A stretch of DNA of 62,459 bases, filler included, from Hausera hauseri (lineage: Eukaryota), in assembly GCA_046269625.1 (NCBI GenBank). It is 10 parts of 10 records of this genome, joined end to end, with 100 filler letters (N's around TTAATTAATTAA, not from the genome) between each part and the next. Parts side by side here need not be neighbours in the genome. Positions count along the whole stretch, not along the records: positions 19,245 to 26,967 come from JBJURY010906534.1; positions 27,068 to 32,629 come from JBJURY010230961.1; positions 32,730 to 38,445 come from JBJURY010199858.1; positions 38,546 to 44,039 come from JBJURY010242738.1; 6 more parts are not named here. One strand, written 5' to 3'. The notes under the pieces were generated by a model, which saw nothing but the letters and a program-made list of their open reading frames with translations, did not search any database and was not told where the DNA came from. This document shows positions 25,780 to 38,656 of the stretch, piece by piece (position 1 is the stretch's first letter; the number at the start of each line of letters is the position of its first letter). The position numbers were made by a program, and so were the translations under genes.

Positions 25780-26333
25780 AATTGATAAGAGATATGAAAT
25801 TACCGTTTAGGCGGGCTCACGAGTCACGACGACTTTTACACGAATTTTATGAGGGTGCCAATGTCGGCAACATTCTTATTTCTTGTAACAACATAGGGCA
25901 CTGGCAGTGCGTGGGTTAAGTGGATAACCGGCTAGTAAGGGGAGATAACGTTTGTGAAATGTATTTTATTTTCATTTTTAAGACGCAATATATTTGAATG
26001 TAGATAGATATTTTTTATGTACCATCATCATTGCTGATGGCGTATTTATGTAGTTAAATGATGTATGCATCTTAATCATTAGTCTTTTGATGACGTAAGA
26101 TATATGTAGTTACATAAAAATATATTACGTCATCAAAAGGGAAAAAAATAAATTTCACAAAAGTTGTCTCTCCTTAATACCAGGGTATTCATCTAACCCA
26201 CCTGCTGTTAGAACCCTATGTTGTTACATGAAATAAAAATGTTGCCGACATAGGCACCCTCATAAAATTCGTGTAAAAATCGCCGTGACCTGTGGGCCCG
26301 CTTAAACGGTAATTTCATATCTCTTATCAAATT
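25780..26333. mobile_element. MITE/foldback element with ~190-bp terminal inverted repeats
   Basis: TTGATAAGAGATATGAAATTACCGTTT...GAATTTTATGAGGGTGCC mirrored by GGCACCCTCATAAAATTC...AAACGGTAATTTCATATCTCTTATCAA. Confidence 0.8.
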
Positions 26334-26519
26334 TGTGTCTGTCGCCAACGCGGCCGTCTCTCGCTTATCGATACCTTTAAAATAATTAATTTTTCCATGC
26401 CCGCGCTTTAACCCGACACGCTATATATCCCAACATATAAAAGAACTGAATACTAGTTTGTGGCCATGTTTTGCGTGGAGTGTTGTCTATAAGTGTTGTT
26501 TATGAATCGGTATCTCTGT

Positions 26520-26754
26520 TTACATAAAAAAACGTAGTCCCGTAGCATTATGAATGTTGTAAGGGAATTAAGTGTTAGTGCCTTCATTTTTCTAGGCTTC
26601 GGCTTTGTTAGTAGGGCCTTTCTCGACACATTTATTTCCCAAGTTTTTATCCTGGTACCCACTTCAGGCTGGGTAAACCTGAAGTCCGGCGGCTGTAATT
26701 GAACCTGCACCACTTGACACAGCAGCACAGTGCACTAACCACTTGGCTACCTCG
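26520..26754 (-). mobile_element. tRNA-derived SINE
   Basis: A box TAGCCAAGTGG and B box GGTTCAATT, then CCCAGCCTGAAGTGGGTACC core-like segment and CTACGGGACTACGTTTTTT tail. Confidence 0.6.
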
Positions 26755-28550
26755 AACATCACACTGTCTACACAACCTCTAATTTTAAAAATTGAAGGCG
26801 AACAAAGCTACCAAGACGTCACCAGCGACCTACTGCGGAACCCCCAGACATAACACACCGCCCAAACTCTTATCTCACCCACCAAACTGTATCCTACGTC
26901 ATCAAAAGTATGACGTCTTCAAAAGAATTATGCTGATAATGCATTCACCTACATTAATACGTCATCANNNNNNNNNNNNNNNNNNNNNNNNNNNNNNNNN
27001 NNNNNNNNNNNTTAATTAATTAANNNNNNNNNNNNNNNNNNNNNNNNNNNNNNNNNNNNNNNNNNNNTGAAATTTTGCCGCCGGTCATTCCTGTACGAGT
27101 TTGAAAGATATCTAAAATATCAGCAATTATATTAAAACTGTAACTTGTGATTTACGTGATTAAAATAGTGAAAATATATTAGGGAGATTTTATCAAAACC
27201 AGTTATTAAAAAGTAGTTTTTAAAGTTTTAAATTATATAAAAATGGACAATCCAAAACCGTTGATTCTAAATCAGAACAATATTAAAAATTGAATTTTTG
27301 GCTCAGTTTCAATTATTTGTTCAAAATAAGAACATGATATTTGCAAAATTTGAAATTTCAAGTCAACTGGACTTAAGGAACAAAATTAGGAAAACAAATG
27401 AAAATATATTTATTGAGTAACAATTTGTTTAATTAATCAATTTTTCAAATAAATAAATTATTTTTTTTAAATGAAAGAACCTCGTTTATATTTATCTTTA
27501 TTTAGTTTTGAAAATGGTAAGAAATTTATAAAGTAGAAGTTTTTACAAAATTTATTTAATTTAGATGGAAATATTCAAATTGAAGAGGGAGAAATTAGAA
27601 ATTTGAAGACACTACTAAGTAGAAGGAAAAATAACTTAGGAAATTGAAAGAGGAATAAGAGAAAATATTTGGAAGAAAAGAAAAGTTAATGAATAAAGTT
27701 AAAAATATAAATATTAGAATCATCCAAGAAGAGGGTGTCTTAAATAATTTGAAACAGCAGGCAATTAATACACAAAAATTATACCATTTAGTTTTGTTTT
27801 GGTGATATTCGATGTTCTTATTATATTTAGTGTTAATTGTTATTTAAAAATAAACTTTTAATTATTTACTTATAAAATTGTATTAAAGTGGCAGATTTTT
27901 TCTACAAGTAAGCCTGATTAATCACAACAATTGAATGTTTTTGCTTAATGAGGACAGTTTAGACTTGGCAAGGAGCTGGGCGTAGATCGAACGCTGGAGC
28001 TTAGAGGGAATGTCTCCCCTGGGTTTTCTGCTCTGCATCACCATTCATTTTGAAGCACACTCACAGTCAAGTACAAAAGCTACTTACACAACCGTCTTCA
28101 GATGCTCGAGCCATAACGATATAAGAAAATACTCGTAAAGATTTAGAGCTACTTTAACAATAGATCAATGTGTTTTTCAGTCAATAGCGTGTTCTTTTTA
28201 GTGCCCACGCTTAAAGTTATAGTTCCTTCCAGGAAAAGATTTTTCAGCTTCAAATCAAGAGGAGACCTAATTACAAATGCAAACAAAAACAATGATGCAC
28301 AGGATATTATATACAATCAACTTTAGCGTTACAAGCAATTTAGCTTTGTTTCATTTGTTTATGCAAGATCCAAATAAATACACTGATGGTGATAGTTGTA
28401 GTGTAACAAAATGTGGAAAATCCGTAATCCAACATGTTCCTTCTATTCATCCCGAGGGAAAGTCCTTAATAATTCAAAATAAACGACTTGTAATTAATTT
28501 TATTGACAATTAATTTTCATGATCTAAAATGTATATAGTTGTAAATTTCT

Positions 28551-28924
28551 CTACTGTTCCGGCCAACTGCCGTAATCTTCATCAATTACTAATACTATAG
28601 ATGGTCGACTATCAATATTCAAATATGTAATTATTCCTTCTGCAATATAAAAGTCTACTGATTTGAGGCAGTAAGGACACCATTGACAAGATCCCAAATA
28701 TTCCAAAATACATGGCCGGCAAAACACATGGCGACATGGCAGGATAATCAGGTTATCTGCCACTAATTTAAGGCATACCCAACAGAATGTACAGGCTCGT
28801 CGACAACAAGGGCAGTTACTCTGTTCGTTCAACCAAGTGCCGATACAAAGCTGGCAATATGTGTGTCCACATGGTAATGTTGTTCTTTCATTTGTCATTC
28901 CTTCAAGACAAATGGGGCAAATGT
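28551..28924 (-). CDS. Double C3HC4 RING-finger exon (putative E3 ligase)
   Basis: CPIC..LPCGHTYCQLC..WL..CPCCR and CWVC..LPCRHVFCRPC..CPYC; no ATG before the first CxxC; acceptor TTACAG at 28925. Confidence 0.85.
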
Positions 28925-28977
28925 CTGTAATCAATAAAACACTTCATTAACTATTACTATATTTTATTACAAATTTA

Positions 28978-29210
28978 TTAACCAATTAATTTATTAATTT
29001 CCTCTACATCACTATCCGACAGGGCACAAACAGGACACATCAAAAAATAATTTTGGTCCATTGTCATGGTACTTAAATTAGCCTCTTCTTCACAATAGGC
29101 ACATTCAAATATGTCTTCTTGATGGCTCAGTTTCTCAACAAGGTGGCATAATTGGCAGGTATTTTCTTCCTCGTTACTGGTTTCTGAAATCCTTTTGCAT
29201 ATAATGCAAC
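28978..29210 (-). CDS. Zn-finger exon (4 x CxxC)
   Basis: CIIC, CQLC, CAYC, CPVC; acceptor ATTTAG at 29211. Confidence 0.6.
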
Positions 29211-29341
29211 CTAAATTCAATATATTTATCAAATTGATTTGATTATTTTCTTCTTTAATAATTATAATAAACTATTTAATATCTTCTTCTTATCCCTTTA
29301 CTCTGTTTACTTCACATTAAAACAATCAAGATAAACATTTA

Positions 29342-29628
29342 TTAAATTGGCATTTGCACAAGTCCATTGGGACCGACTACATATAATGGAGTTGGGTCTA
29401 TTATCCTATCTTCCCGTTCTTCTTCCTCCTCGTCAAGGATCACTACTGTGGTGACTCCCAGGCAGTTGTAGCTGCTTGCCTTCCTCCTGCAGAAAGGGCA
29501 GCTTTGCTTTCTCGACAAACATTGGTCAGCACACCTGGTACACATAATATGTGTACACCTGAGTAGAGCATAACGCAATCCAAGAGCGTTGTAGCATATT
29601 TTGCATTTTGTGACTCTAGTTCGGATAT
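29342..29628 (-). CDS. C3HC4 RING-finger exon with acidic tail
   Basis: CKIC..LRCTHIMCTRC..CPFCR; frame is open upstream of the ORF-track start to acceptor TTATTAG at 29629. Confidence 0.8.
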
Positions 29629-31274
29629 CTAATAAAATATGATCAATATTTACTTACTGATGATAACAATATTATAAATCGCATCAAAATATTTAACCCT
29701 CGAGTTTTACATCCTCACTCGGGGCACCAGAAAATGTTTATCATGCTGGTGTGAAGTACAAATATAACTTATTCTTATACAAGGTAACCATAATCTAATT
29801 CTCACCAACACGTAAACATTTTAAAATAATCTTCTAAAGGCTGAGTTCTTTGGCGGTACGGTAAATGAATACCTGCGCCTCCTATCAACTGATCATTTAC
29901 ACTAATGGCATTCCCAATACGATTGTAAATATAGCATAATAGTGAAATTAATTCTATTAATCTTAAACAATCATTCGTCGTATCAAAAATCAAAGTTACA
30001 TCTGACGTATTTTCTTCATTTTCTAGGAATCATCATCAATCACAGTAAATAGCATTTATGGTAATAATTACAATCACATGTAATGTATATATATTAAGTA
30101 CATAACAAACGAAACATAAACCTATCATCCAAGTAACAAACCCTTGTTTCGGTCTAATTTGCATCAGTTTATCATAAAAATAAAAAAAATAAATATATAT
30201 ATTGATTCGGGTTTGTGATAACGAAAGAATTTATACTGACAATCACAATCGCATATAAATGAATGGTAAAATATATTTAATATATTTATAAAGATAAAGT
30301 TAATAGACCATTTTTTCTTTAAAACTCATATCCTTATAAAGGATTAATAGACCAGGATCAATGAAAATCATCCCTAGCCATTCCCTTTTCATGATTGTTC
30401 TAACATCCGTTATCCTAATTTTCTGTCGGGATTTGACTACGGGGTCTGTGAGGACATTTAGTATATAACACAGAATCAATACCTCATATGAGAATTTATC
30501 ATTTATGGTTGTTTCATTGACTATTATTATTGTATGTCGATATCGGTCGTTTTTCATCCTTTTAACACCATGACTAACCACTTAACAGTATCTCCACTTA
30601 CCAACGTTATTTATATAAACCTCCCAAAAGATTTACTCAAAAACTTCAACCAATTAATTTCCAGTTTTTAGTTTCTCATAACATTTATCATTCTTTAAAT
30701 TTAAGACAACAAATTAATTCTTTATTTTTCCATTCTCAATTCCCAACGATATGTACCATTATTTCGGCATTTTAAGACCATAAAGTAATCATTTAATTTC
30801 TTCATTATCATATTTGAACATTACGTGTTACCATCTCCACTATTTCAGGTTTCTATTCTTTTATTAATAAGAATATTTACTCTCCTTTGTCTTTCATCAT
30901 AATATCTCATTTAGCTGATTGCTGATCTGAGAACATTTGGAGGTACAATCTGATTCGAAGGGTCAATCGTACTATAAAATCACCCAATTGTATATCACTT
31001 CGGTCCACTCAACTTTTCTTTCTTTAGATATTGGTTATCGGAATCTCTTAAAACTTTGTTCAACATCATATACGTCTTCTACTGTACATCCAAAGTTATT
31101 AACCACAAGATCTGTATACAACAGTAATTCATATTAAACAATGCAATAATTTATTATTTGGCAACATTTATTATAATACAAATTAATACATGAAAGAAAA
31201 ATTTCTTGCAACTAATTTAAGGGATAATATTTTATATTAATTTATTTATATATATAAATTACAATCATGTTTAC

Positions 31275-31320
31275 CATTCTGTGTTTGACGTGTTTCAGTA
31301 TTATCATTATATTCGGCCAT
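31275..31320 (-). CDS. Candidate short leader exon (MAEYNDNTETRQTQN + G, phase-1 donor GTAAAC)
   Basis: ATG at 31320 in GGATGG context, 15 codons + 1 nt, then GT; phase matches the downstream acceptors. Confidence 0.35.
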
Positions 31321-32729
31321 CCTCATGTGCTGGTTCAAATTCGATATCAATATGAATGTAGCAGTATTCAATGAAAGTTTTGTCCCGTAGAAAGTTTCAG
31401 TATTCTTTGATTTATCTGTTGCACTATTACTATATTCAAAATTATTAAATCGAATATAGCAATATCCTGCAAATATCTTTCCTTGAAGAATTCTTTCCAG
31501 TAGAAATTAAAACTGGCTGATAAGTCGAACTGGTTTATAAGTAAAACTGGTTTTTTGTGTGTGTTCTAAGCTGGTTTCCAATGTGCTTATATATCAATTT
31601 TCGGGTTTTTAAAATCTATATTATTAATTGCTGTTCCAATATTTTAATTGTTTCATAATTTTGAAAATCAATTTCGCTAATTGCTGCTTACCTTTAGAAA
31701 CATGTGTTTTCTTCAGTGGCCGAATTGTGTAAAATAAATTTTACTAATGTGCTGACATATAATCAATTTTATTAATGCACTGACATATGCACCTGTTGGA
31801 TGTGATGCCTCTGTAGATATCATCGATAACAATGTTAATGCACTGACATATTCACCTGTTGGATGCGATGCCTCTGTTGTAGATTCAGAAGTCAGTCAAC
31901 TAACAGAAGTCAGTCCTAGTCCAGTGGACGATGAGCTTTTCAGAGGTACGTCAGAAGCAGAAATCTTGCGAGAGAACAATACAGAAAACAAGAGAGAATT
32001 GGATATGTACTCGACATCACTGACTGCTCCTAACATGGCGGCTCAAGGGGAGGACAGCAGTAGGAGGAGGTAATTTCTTATATTCTGATTGCTTTTTCTG
32101 TACAGTGTACGACGTTCATGGTGTGTTGACTTGACATTGCTCGAACGAGTTCCACCCCGTGTTGTGCTGTTCATGAGTGTTAGACATGACACAGGGCTTC
32201 TCCAAAGGGATCTGACCCTTGAGTTGCTCAGCGGTAGTAGAGTGTGTGAAACAGTGCTGCTCGTCACCCGTAAGGCGTCCAGGCCTCGTATATCCGCTTT
32301 TGGCACATTCTAGACTTTTATTAAATGACTGGACCTTTTACCTGGACCCGTCATTCTGCAGACTAGAGACGATCAGGAGGGGAGGTCAAAAACGCGATCT
32401 TCATATTCGAGCGCCCTGTCTGTTCCTAGCTGGCTGGCCAGTTGGTTGGTTAGTCCGTTGCATTGGCTAAATTATATTGATAACAATTGCAAAAAAAAAA
32501 AATAAAAGACAAAAATGTGGACCATCGTTGATGCTCTCGAGTGCGCCGCGCTAAGATTGCTCACAATGGGATCAGAGCACTTATGACATTGATCCGATGT
32601 ACTGTAATGATGGTCCTTTTTACAAGCCGNNNNNNNNNNNNNNNNNNNNNNNNNNNNNNNNNNNNNNNNNNNNTTAATTAATTAANNNNNNNNNNNNNNN
32701 NNNNNNNNNNNNNNNNNNNNNNNNNNNNN

Positions 32730-34500
32730 TGAATTCATTGTGTAATTTGAATTATTTTAATTGGCATCCCACTGATCCGATTATGTTTACAATGTTGTTG
32801 GATGGTACGACATTTCTGCGTGTAATTGACAGTGAATAATTGAAAATTATTGGATCTCTTAACAATGCCATTTGCGTTTCATGGGCTCCAAAAGGGAAAC
32901 AATTTGCTGCTGCGTTAAAAACAGATAATCTAGAAAAACTTCATTTGAAACTATTTGATTTATTAATGACAGAAAAACGAAAAGCCGATTTGGACCGTTT
33001 CAAAACACATTGTAAATTCATCATTGGATTTCGCAAAATATTTGCTTCTTTTTTCGGACAAAAAACTAATAGCGTTAAGGTCCTGTCTGATATAAACAGT
33101 TCGTTGGATTGTGTCAATGAAACTGGACTTAGGTTCAGGCTTTACTGCGTTCATATCATCGATTGTAATGTTGTAATCTGGATGAATAACACTGGCGAAG
33201 ATCTAGCAGTGTGTCGTTGCAATGTGAACAATGAAATCAATCAGAGAATTACGTATTGTCTTCCTGTTGAATGTAATGTCATTGGGCTATTTGTTAATCG
33301 GACAAATATCGACGGCATCCCATCAAATTGCAAAGTAGATCTGGGGAAAGTTGATATCAATCGAATTATTTCTACTCAACCAAGCAACGGACAAGTTTGC
33401 GGATACTTTTTCGCTTATGGTGTACCGAACGCCGATGACTCTATTAAATCAAACAAAGTAAAAGTGACACTTGAGAAGAGGAAAACGAAATTGAATGAAA
33501 ACTCTCTTCCAGAGACAAAGGCCAATTTATCATCGATTTCATCATCAAATTTGACCTAAAAAGAAATTTTCTGCGCATTCACTTCGCCTGCATTGTCTCT
33601 GTCAACAATCAATTTATCTTTTGCTCCACAAACAAACCAATACTTTGGTTTTCCAAGTAATACTTCAAAACCATTAATCGGTAACCCTGCTCTGGTACCG
33701 TTTACATCAGCAAATCATTCTTCCGCCGTGCCAAATTCTATATATAAATCACTATTCGATACACCACCTCCGGCATCATTGTCTGCTTCACAACCCAACC
33801 AACTCACCGGATTTTCAAATTCTGTCTGGAAATCAATATTCGGTGCACCATCCACTTTACCGTTTGATCCATCAACAAATTTCTCTTTCGATTCATCAAA
33901 TTAAACTATAAAATCATTAAACACACCTATACGGTATTATCAACTCCTTCAAAAACCGCATCTTTCGTAACGTTCATGGACAATGAAAACCACAAGCCGA
34001 TAAATGCGTCCACATCAAGTAGTGTTGCGTAGAGTAATCTAGGATCATTGGGGTTTACTATGAATACTGCCGATACAAAATCCTCTTTCAAACCTTTCGT
34101 TTCCAGTTCTGCCACGTTAAATTTATCCGGAAATCTCAAATCACCACCGTTACTTTCAAAAGCAATCGCAACGCCCCATTTGCATAATCCCGCGAAATCA
34201 TCAATGTCCCAGAAAAAGCTTCGAAACACACATATTTCAGTTTTTCCAACGCCACTAAACAGTCGGTGTTCAGTTCGAATAATCTTACACCAAAGAGGGA
34301 GGAGAGAAAGAATCCTGATCAAATCAAGTTACACAATCTGTCATTCATTGCTAATTTGTTCAATACAAACACCGGCAGACAGAAGGACAGTAGAAAAAGT
34401 AATTCATTGAATGTTGTTGTGAATCAGAGTCCACAACCAGAAAAGGTCGATCAAGGTGCTACATCTGAGATTGACGTTAACATTTCCAATAGAACCAATC
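32730..34500 (+). pseudogene. Nup214/Nup159-like nucleoporin fragment, decayed
   Basis: CVSWAPKGKQFAAAL beta-propeller signature followed by an S/T/P/F-rich region with FG-like motifs; internal stops. Confidence 0.55.
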
Positions 34501-34789
34501 TCAAACACCGTGGTTTTATTGCGGTTCCCGGAAATGCCGTACCGGCGGTCGTTTTCTCCGACGGGGGTTTCCTTGCCGTGCCGTTTCAGCGCCGTCGTGA
34601 CGGAGCCGTTGTATCCGTTGTTCACTCTATGGTCGTGGGTCGCGCGGCCACGCCACTCACGTCACGCCACTAGCTCCAGACAGCCCACTTTTTCCATTTT
34701 CATTTTCAAATACAACACACATCCATACACATATCGCAAATCACAATACCTTAGGAAAAGAGCTACATACTTCAATCTTACACGCCACC

Positions 34790-37530
34790 GACATGTTTGA
34801 CTTTGCTTTGTTTTTCAACGGCTTCATTATCCGTCCACATGGTCGTCTGTATAGCTTTCTTTTGCAATCCTCTTCATACATCTGTATCACGCTTCAGCCT
34901 AAACTTCATTGGGGCTCTAACCCCAACTCTGACAAGATTAAGAAGTCGCCTAACATAACTTTCGTGTCGCCAACTCCTTTCTCTTTTTCGCACTTCCAGT
35001 GCGTTGCCTTCTTCCTCGATAGTCAGAATTGCAGTAGAACATGGCTAGACTTCCACGCAAAGTGGCTAAATCACCAATTCCTTTCAAAAAAGCCAACAGT
35101 TTGCTGATACATCTGCCGCCCAACATAAAATCCTTCATTACTAATCTATCTGACATTTTCAGTCACTCTGACCCCTACAAATCTCTATTTGACGCTGTGA
35201 CTAAAGCAACTGAGCCTTCTCTGGACTCTATATTTCAAAAATATTTCAATAAGAACGCTCTTTGGAAGCAAAACCCCACTGAGTTCCTGCGAACTTAACT
35301 ATCACAGTAGAATTCTTTGGGAGCAAACCAACGAAATAACGCCGATCTTCTCCGACGTTACTTCCTTTCAACCCTACCAATTCAAATGCGCGCACTCCTC
35401 ACTGCAGTTGAGGATTCTACGTCGTTCGACAAACTTACGCAACTTGCGGACAAAAGTTACGAAATTTTTCATAACAATAATACATATAAAACGATTTCAG
35501 CTCTACAAGCAATGTAATAGCCAACAATAGTTGCACATCTACAATCAGCAAACTCATCAAACAACGAGAAGAGTATAGTTCATCAAATTAAAAATCTGCA
35601 AGCCGAAAATGCGACCCTACATCAAGCTATATCGACCATCTCTAGCAAAACTGACGCTTTGTCTCTACCGCGTCGTGATGGGTTTAGCGAGGATCGAAGC
35701 AGACAGTCATCTGCAAATTCTAGTCATGGCCAGTCATCTTCACGACAAATGGTGTGCTATTATTACACCAAATTGAATCGAAATGCCAAAGAATGCTGTA
35801 TAGGCTGCAAGTTCTATACATAGCGTTTTCAATCACACGATGCGGTCAGCATCTATCACAGTAAGTTTAAAGGCAATGCAGAACGCTGCTTATCTGGGTG
35901 TAAGTTTTACACCCAGAAAGCTCCAACATCCTCTTCATCTATTCAAAAAAACGAATAAAGCCACCAGAATCTACGGCAACCTATGGCAAAGGCCATTTTT
36001 CATCACTTAATCGCTGTACCAACGCTGTTTTTCTTTTGGACGCTGCATTCACATCTTTCCTGCACCACACCAAATTTCCGATTGACTCGGGTGCAGCCGT
36101 CTCATTACTTCCTTCATCCTTCAACTCCTTAAAAATACTTCCCACGTCTGCCAGACTTTTCACTGCCACTGGGCAAGCTTTACGAATTTCTGGTACTGCA
36201 GAACTTTCTTTTACTTTAGCACATTTCTCTGAAGTTATCCCATGGAAATTCATAGTCGCTGACATCAAAACTCCTATCTTAGGTTCTGATTTTCTATAAT
36301 ATCACAATTTACATGTCGACTGCAGACAGAATCGTGGCATCAAAAATACAATCGATAATACAAAATCACAAAACGATACACCACTTGTCGCGCATCTGGC
36401 TGCGATGCCGAATTCGATATCAAAGAAATTTGTCATCAGACTAAATGAATTGAGTGTTGGCAACACCGATTGTGACTATTCTATTCATACAATCACTAAA
36501 AAACAACTGCTGATACAAACATGATCTCTCAGCCTGCATCTCCATTCTTACAAGTAGATTCAGTTCTTCGCGATTACATAACAACTTCTTGTGCATGAAC
36601 ATTAAAGAAAAATCCCAATTTTAAACCCGCTTCTGCAACGTACCATCACATTGTCACTGATCACCAAAGACCAGTGAAACAGAAGGTTAGGCCACTTTCT
36701 CCTGGCAGACGCAAAACGGTAGAGTTGGAATTTAACGAATAAGAAAAAAACAGGAATTGCAAGAAGGTCAAAATCCCCTAGGGCCTCACCATTACACGTT
36801 GTGCTCAAGAAGGACGGCACATTCAGGCCCTGTGGCGATTACTGACGATTAAACACCATCACGGTAATGGATGCATATCCATTACCTCTCATTAACGACA
36901 TTTTACATCGACTCGATGGCAAAATCATATTTTCATCAATCAATCTTCATAAAGCCTACCATCAGATTCCCGTAGCACCAGCTGATATACCGAAAACGGC
37001 TATAACAACACCTTTCGGCCTTTTCGAGTATGATTTTATGCCATTCGTACTTCGTAGTGCCTCACAAACATTTGAAAGGCACATAGACACAGTGCTCGCC
37101 GGTCTAAACTTTGCGTTCCCATACATAGACGATATCCTTATCGCTTCGTCGTCTCCCAAGCAGCATTCTGAGCAATTACACATAGTCTTCCAGCGCCTCC
37201 ACCAAAGTAGCCTCAAAGTCAACTTCTCTAAATGCTCCTTCTTCCAACACAGAATCAACTTTCTTCGTCACATTATCACTAAATCTGGCCACTCTCCTCA
37301 ACAATATCGCATAACTCAACTTAAAAAACATTTAACTGCAACGTAAAACAACTGAAATGTGCTCTTTTCTTGGTACACTCCACTTTGTTCATAAATACGT
37401 GCCGCCGTGCTCTGAATTAACCGCACCCTTTGCATTTCTATCGTCTGGAAAAAAGAAACATTTAATTCACTGGACGTCTGAACTAGTAAACCAATTCGAC
37501 CATTTACGTATGGGTTTAAAAACCGTTTTT
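34790..37530 (+). mobile_element. Ty3/gypsy retrotransposon (CsRN1-like) gag-protease-RT, decayed, truncated before RNase H
   Basis: Gag (DPYKSL...FLSTLP..LADK; CYYY/CIYH..F..A..C knuckles), AAAAAAC slippery site ~35945, protease IDSGAAVSLLP...PILGSDFL, RT AYHQIPVAPADIPKTAITTPFGLFEY, YIDDILIAS. Confidence 0.92.
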
Positions 37531-37860
37531 TACCCACACGCACACACAAACACACTCACAAGACATATATATTAATCATTCATTTCTCAAGTTACTCGCA
37601 TTTTACCCATATACACAGACAAAACACACACACACGAGACATATTTAAGGCGATTCATTTCCCAAGTTACTTAATTTTACCCATACAAACACACAAATTA
37701 TATTGTTATGAAATAAATGTGTTATGAAATTAGTTGGCCTTATCCTACATAGTTACTTAGTTTTACTTTGCCTTATCATATATTCCACATTACTTGATCA
37801 AGAAGACAACACGATATTTCTATACAACATTTATTAAACAAAGAATAACAATGTACATAT

Positions 37861-38445
37861 TTACAATGCCACATGTCCGTGGGGTAGTGTATGGATTCCA
37901 TCACCCAGGATCTGCCTCTAGTCATCCATCCAATCTAGGCTTTTCTTCTGTAATGTTACTATCTGAATGTTATGAGCCCTAGACGGGATCCTTCGCATCT
38001 CTGATACGATATGAGTCTGCTCATGCAGAACTTTAACATAGTCATTGAAGCCTATCTTCTTGGCTAAGGTCGCCCTTTGAACCCCTTTAGCACGCTTGTT
38101 TATTTGGCCATACATATCAATAGCATACATTTTGGAACTAAGAGCTACAAATGTCGAAATGATTGCTCCATTCACCTTGTCTTTGAATTTCCCAAGGAAC
38201 TTTTTGTTGGTAAATGAATAGTTGGGATGTTTCTTCGGATAGTTGGACGTATTCTTATGCTGATCCAACTTCACAAAGTCATCATAAATATCCTCAGTAT
38301 GGATCTGGTAGATGAAACTATCAGTATCTATATACATCAGCTGTATATACTTGAATGTGGGGATCATAATGTCATAGTGGAATTTGTACATCAAAGTCTT
38401 TGACAGGTCCAGTATTGCCATACCCACATATATGGGCTTGTTGAA
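37861..38445 (-). pseudogene. Protein-primed DNA polymerase B, C-terminal part (subfamily B)
   Basis: ILDLSKTLMYKFHY, YIDTDSF, LGKFKDK, KRAKGV; closely similar to 54504-55131 including the 3' UTR. Confidence 0.92.
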
Positions 38446-38656
38446 NNNNNNNNNNNNNNNNNNNNNNNNNNNNNNNNNNNNNNNNNNNNTTAATTAATTA
38501 ANNNNNNNNNNNNNNNNNNNNNNNNNNNNNNNNNNNNNNNNNNNNAAACATGTACAGCAGATGAATGTAAAATAAAGATCACAAATGTCAATGATCTAAC
38601 TGGACTGAATTGCATGTTTGCAGTGAACTCTTTGTAAACACTAAACGTGTGATATT

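Noticed and set aside
26690-26754. tRNA gene
   Set aside because: A and B boxes are present but I could not build a cloverleaf, and it continues into a SINE-like body and tail
31740-32629. Short tandem duplication and GC-richer stretch with several small ORFs
   Set aside because: Probably a transposon remnant, but no family motif or defined ends could be recognised
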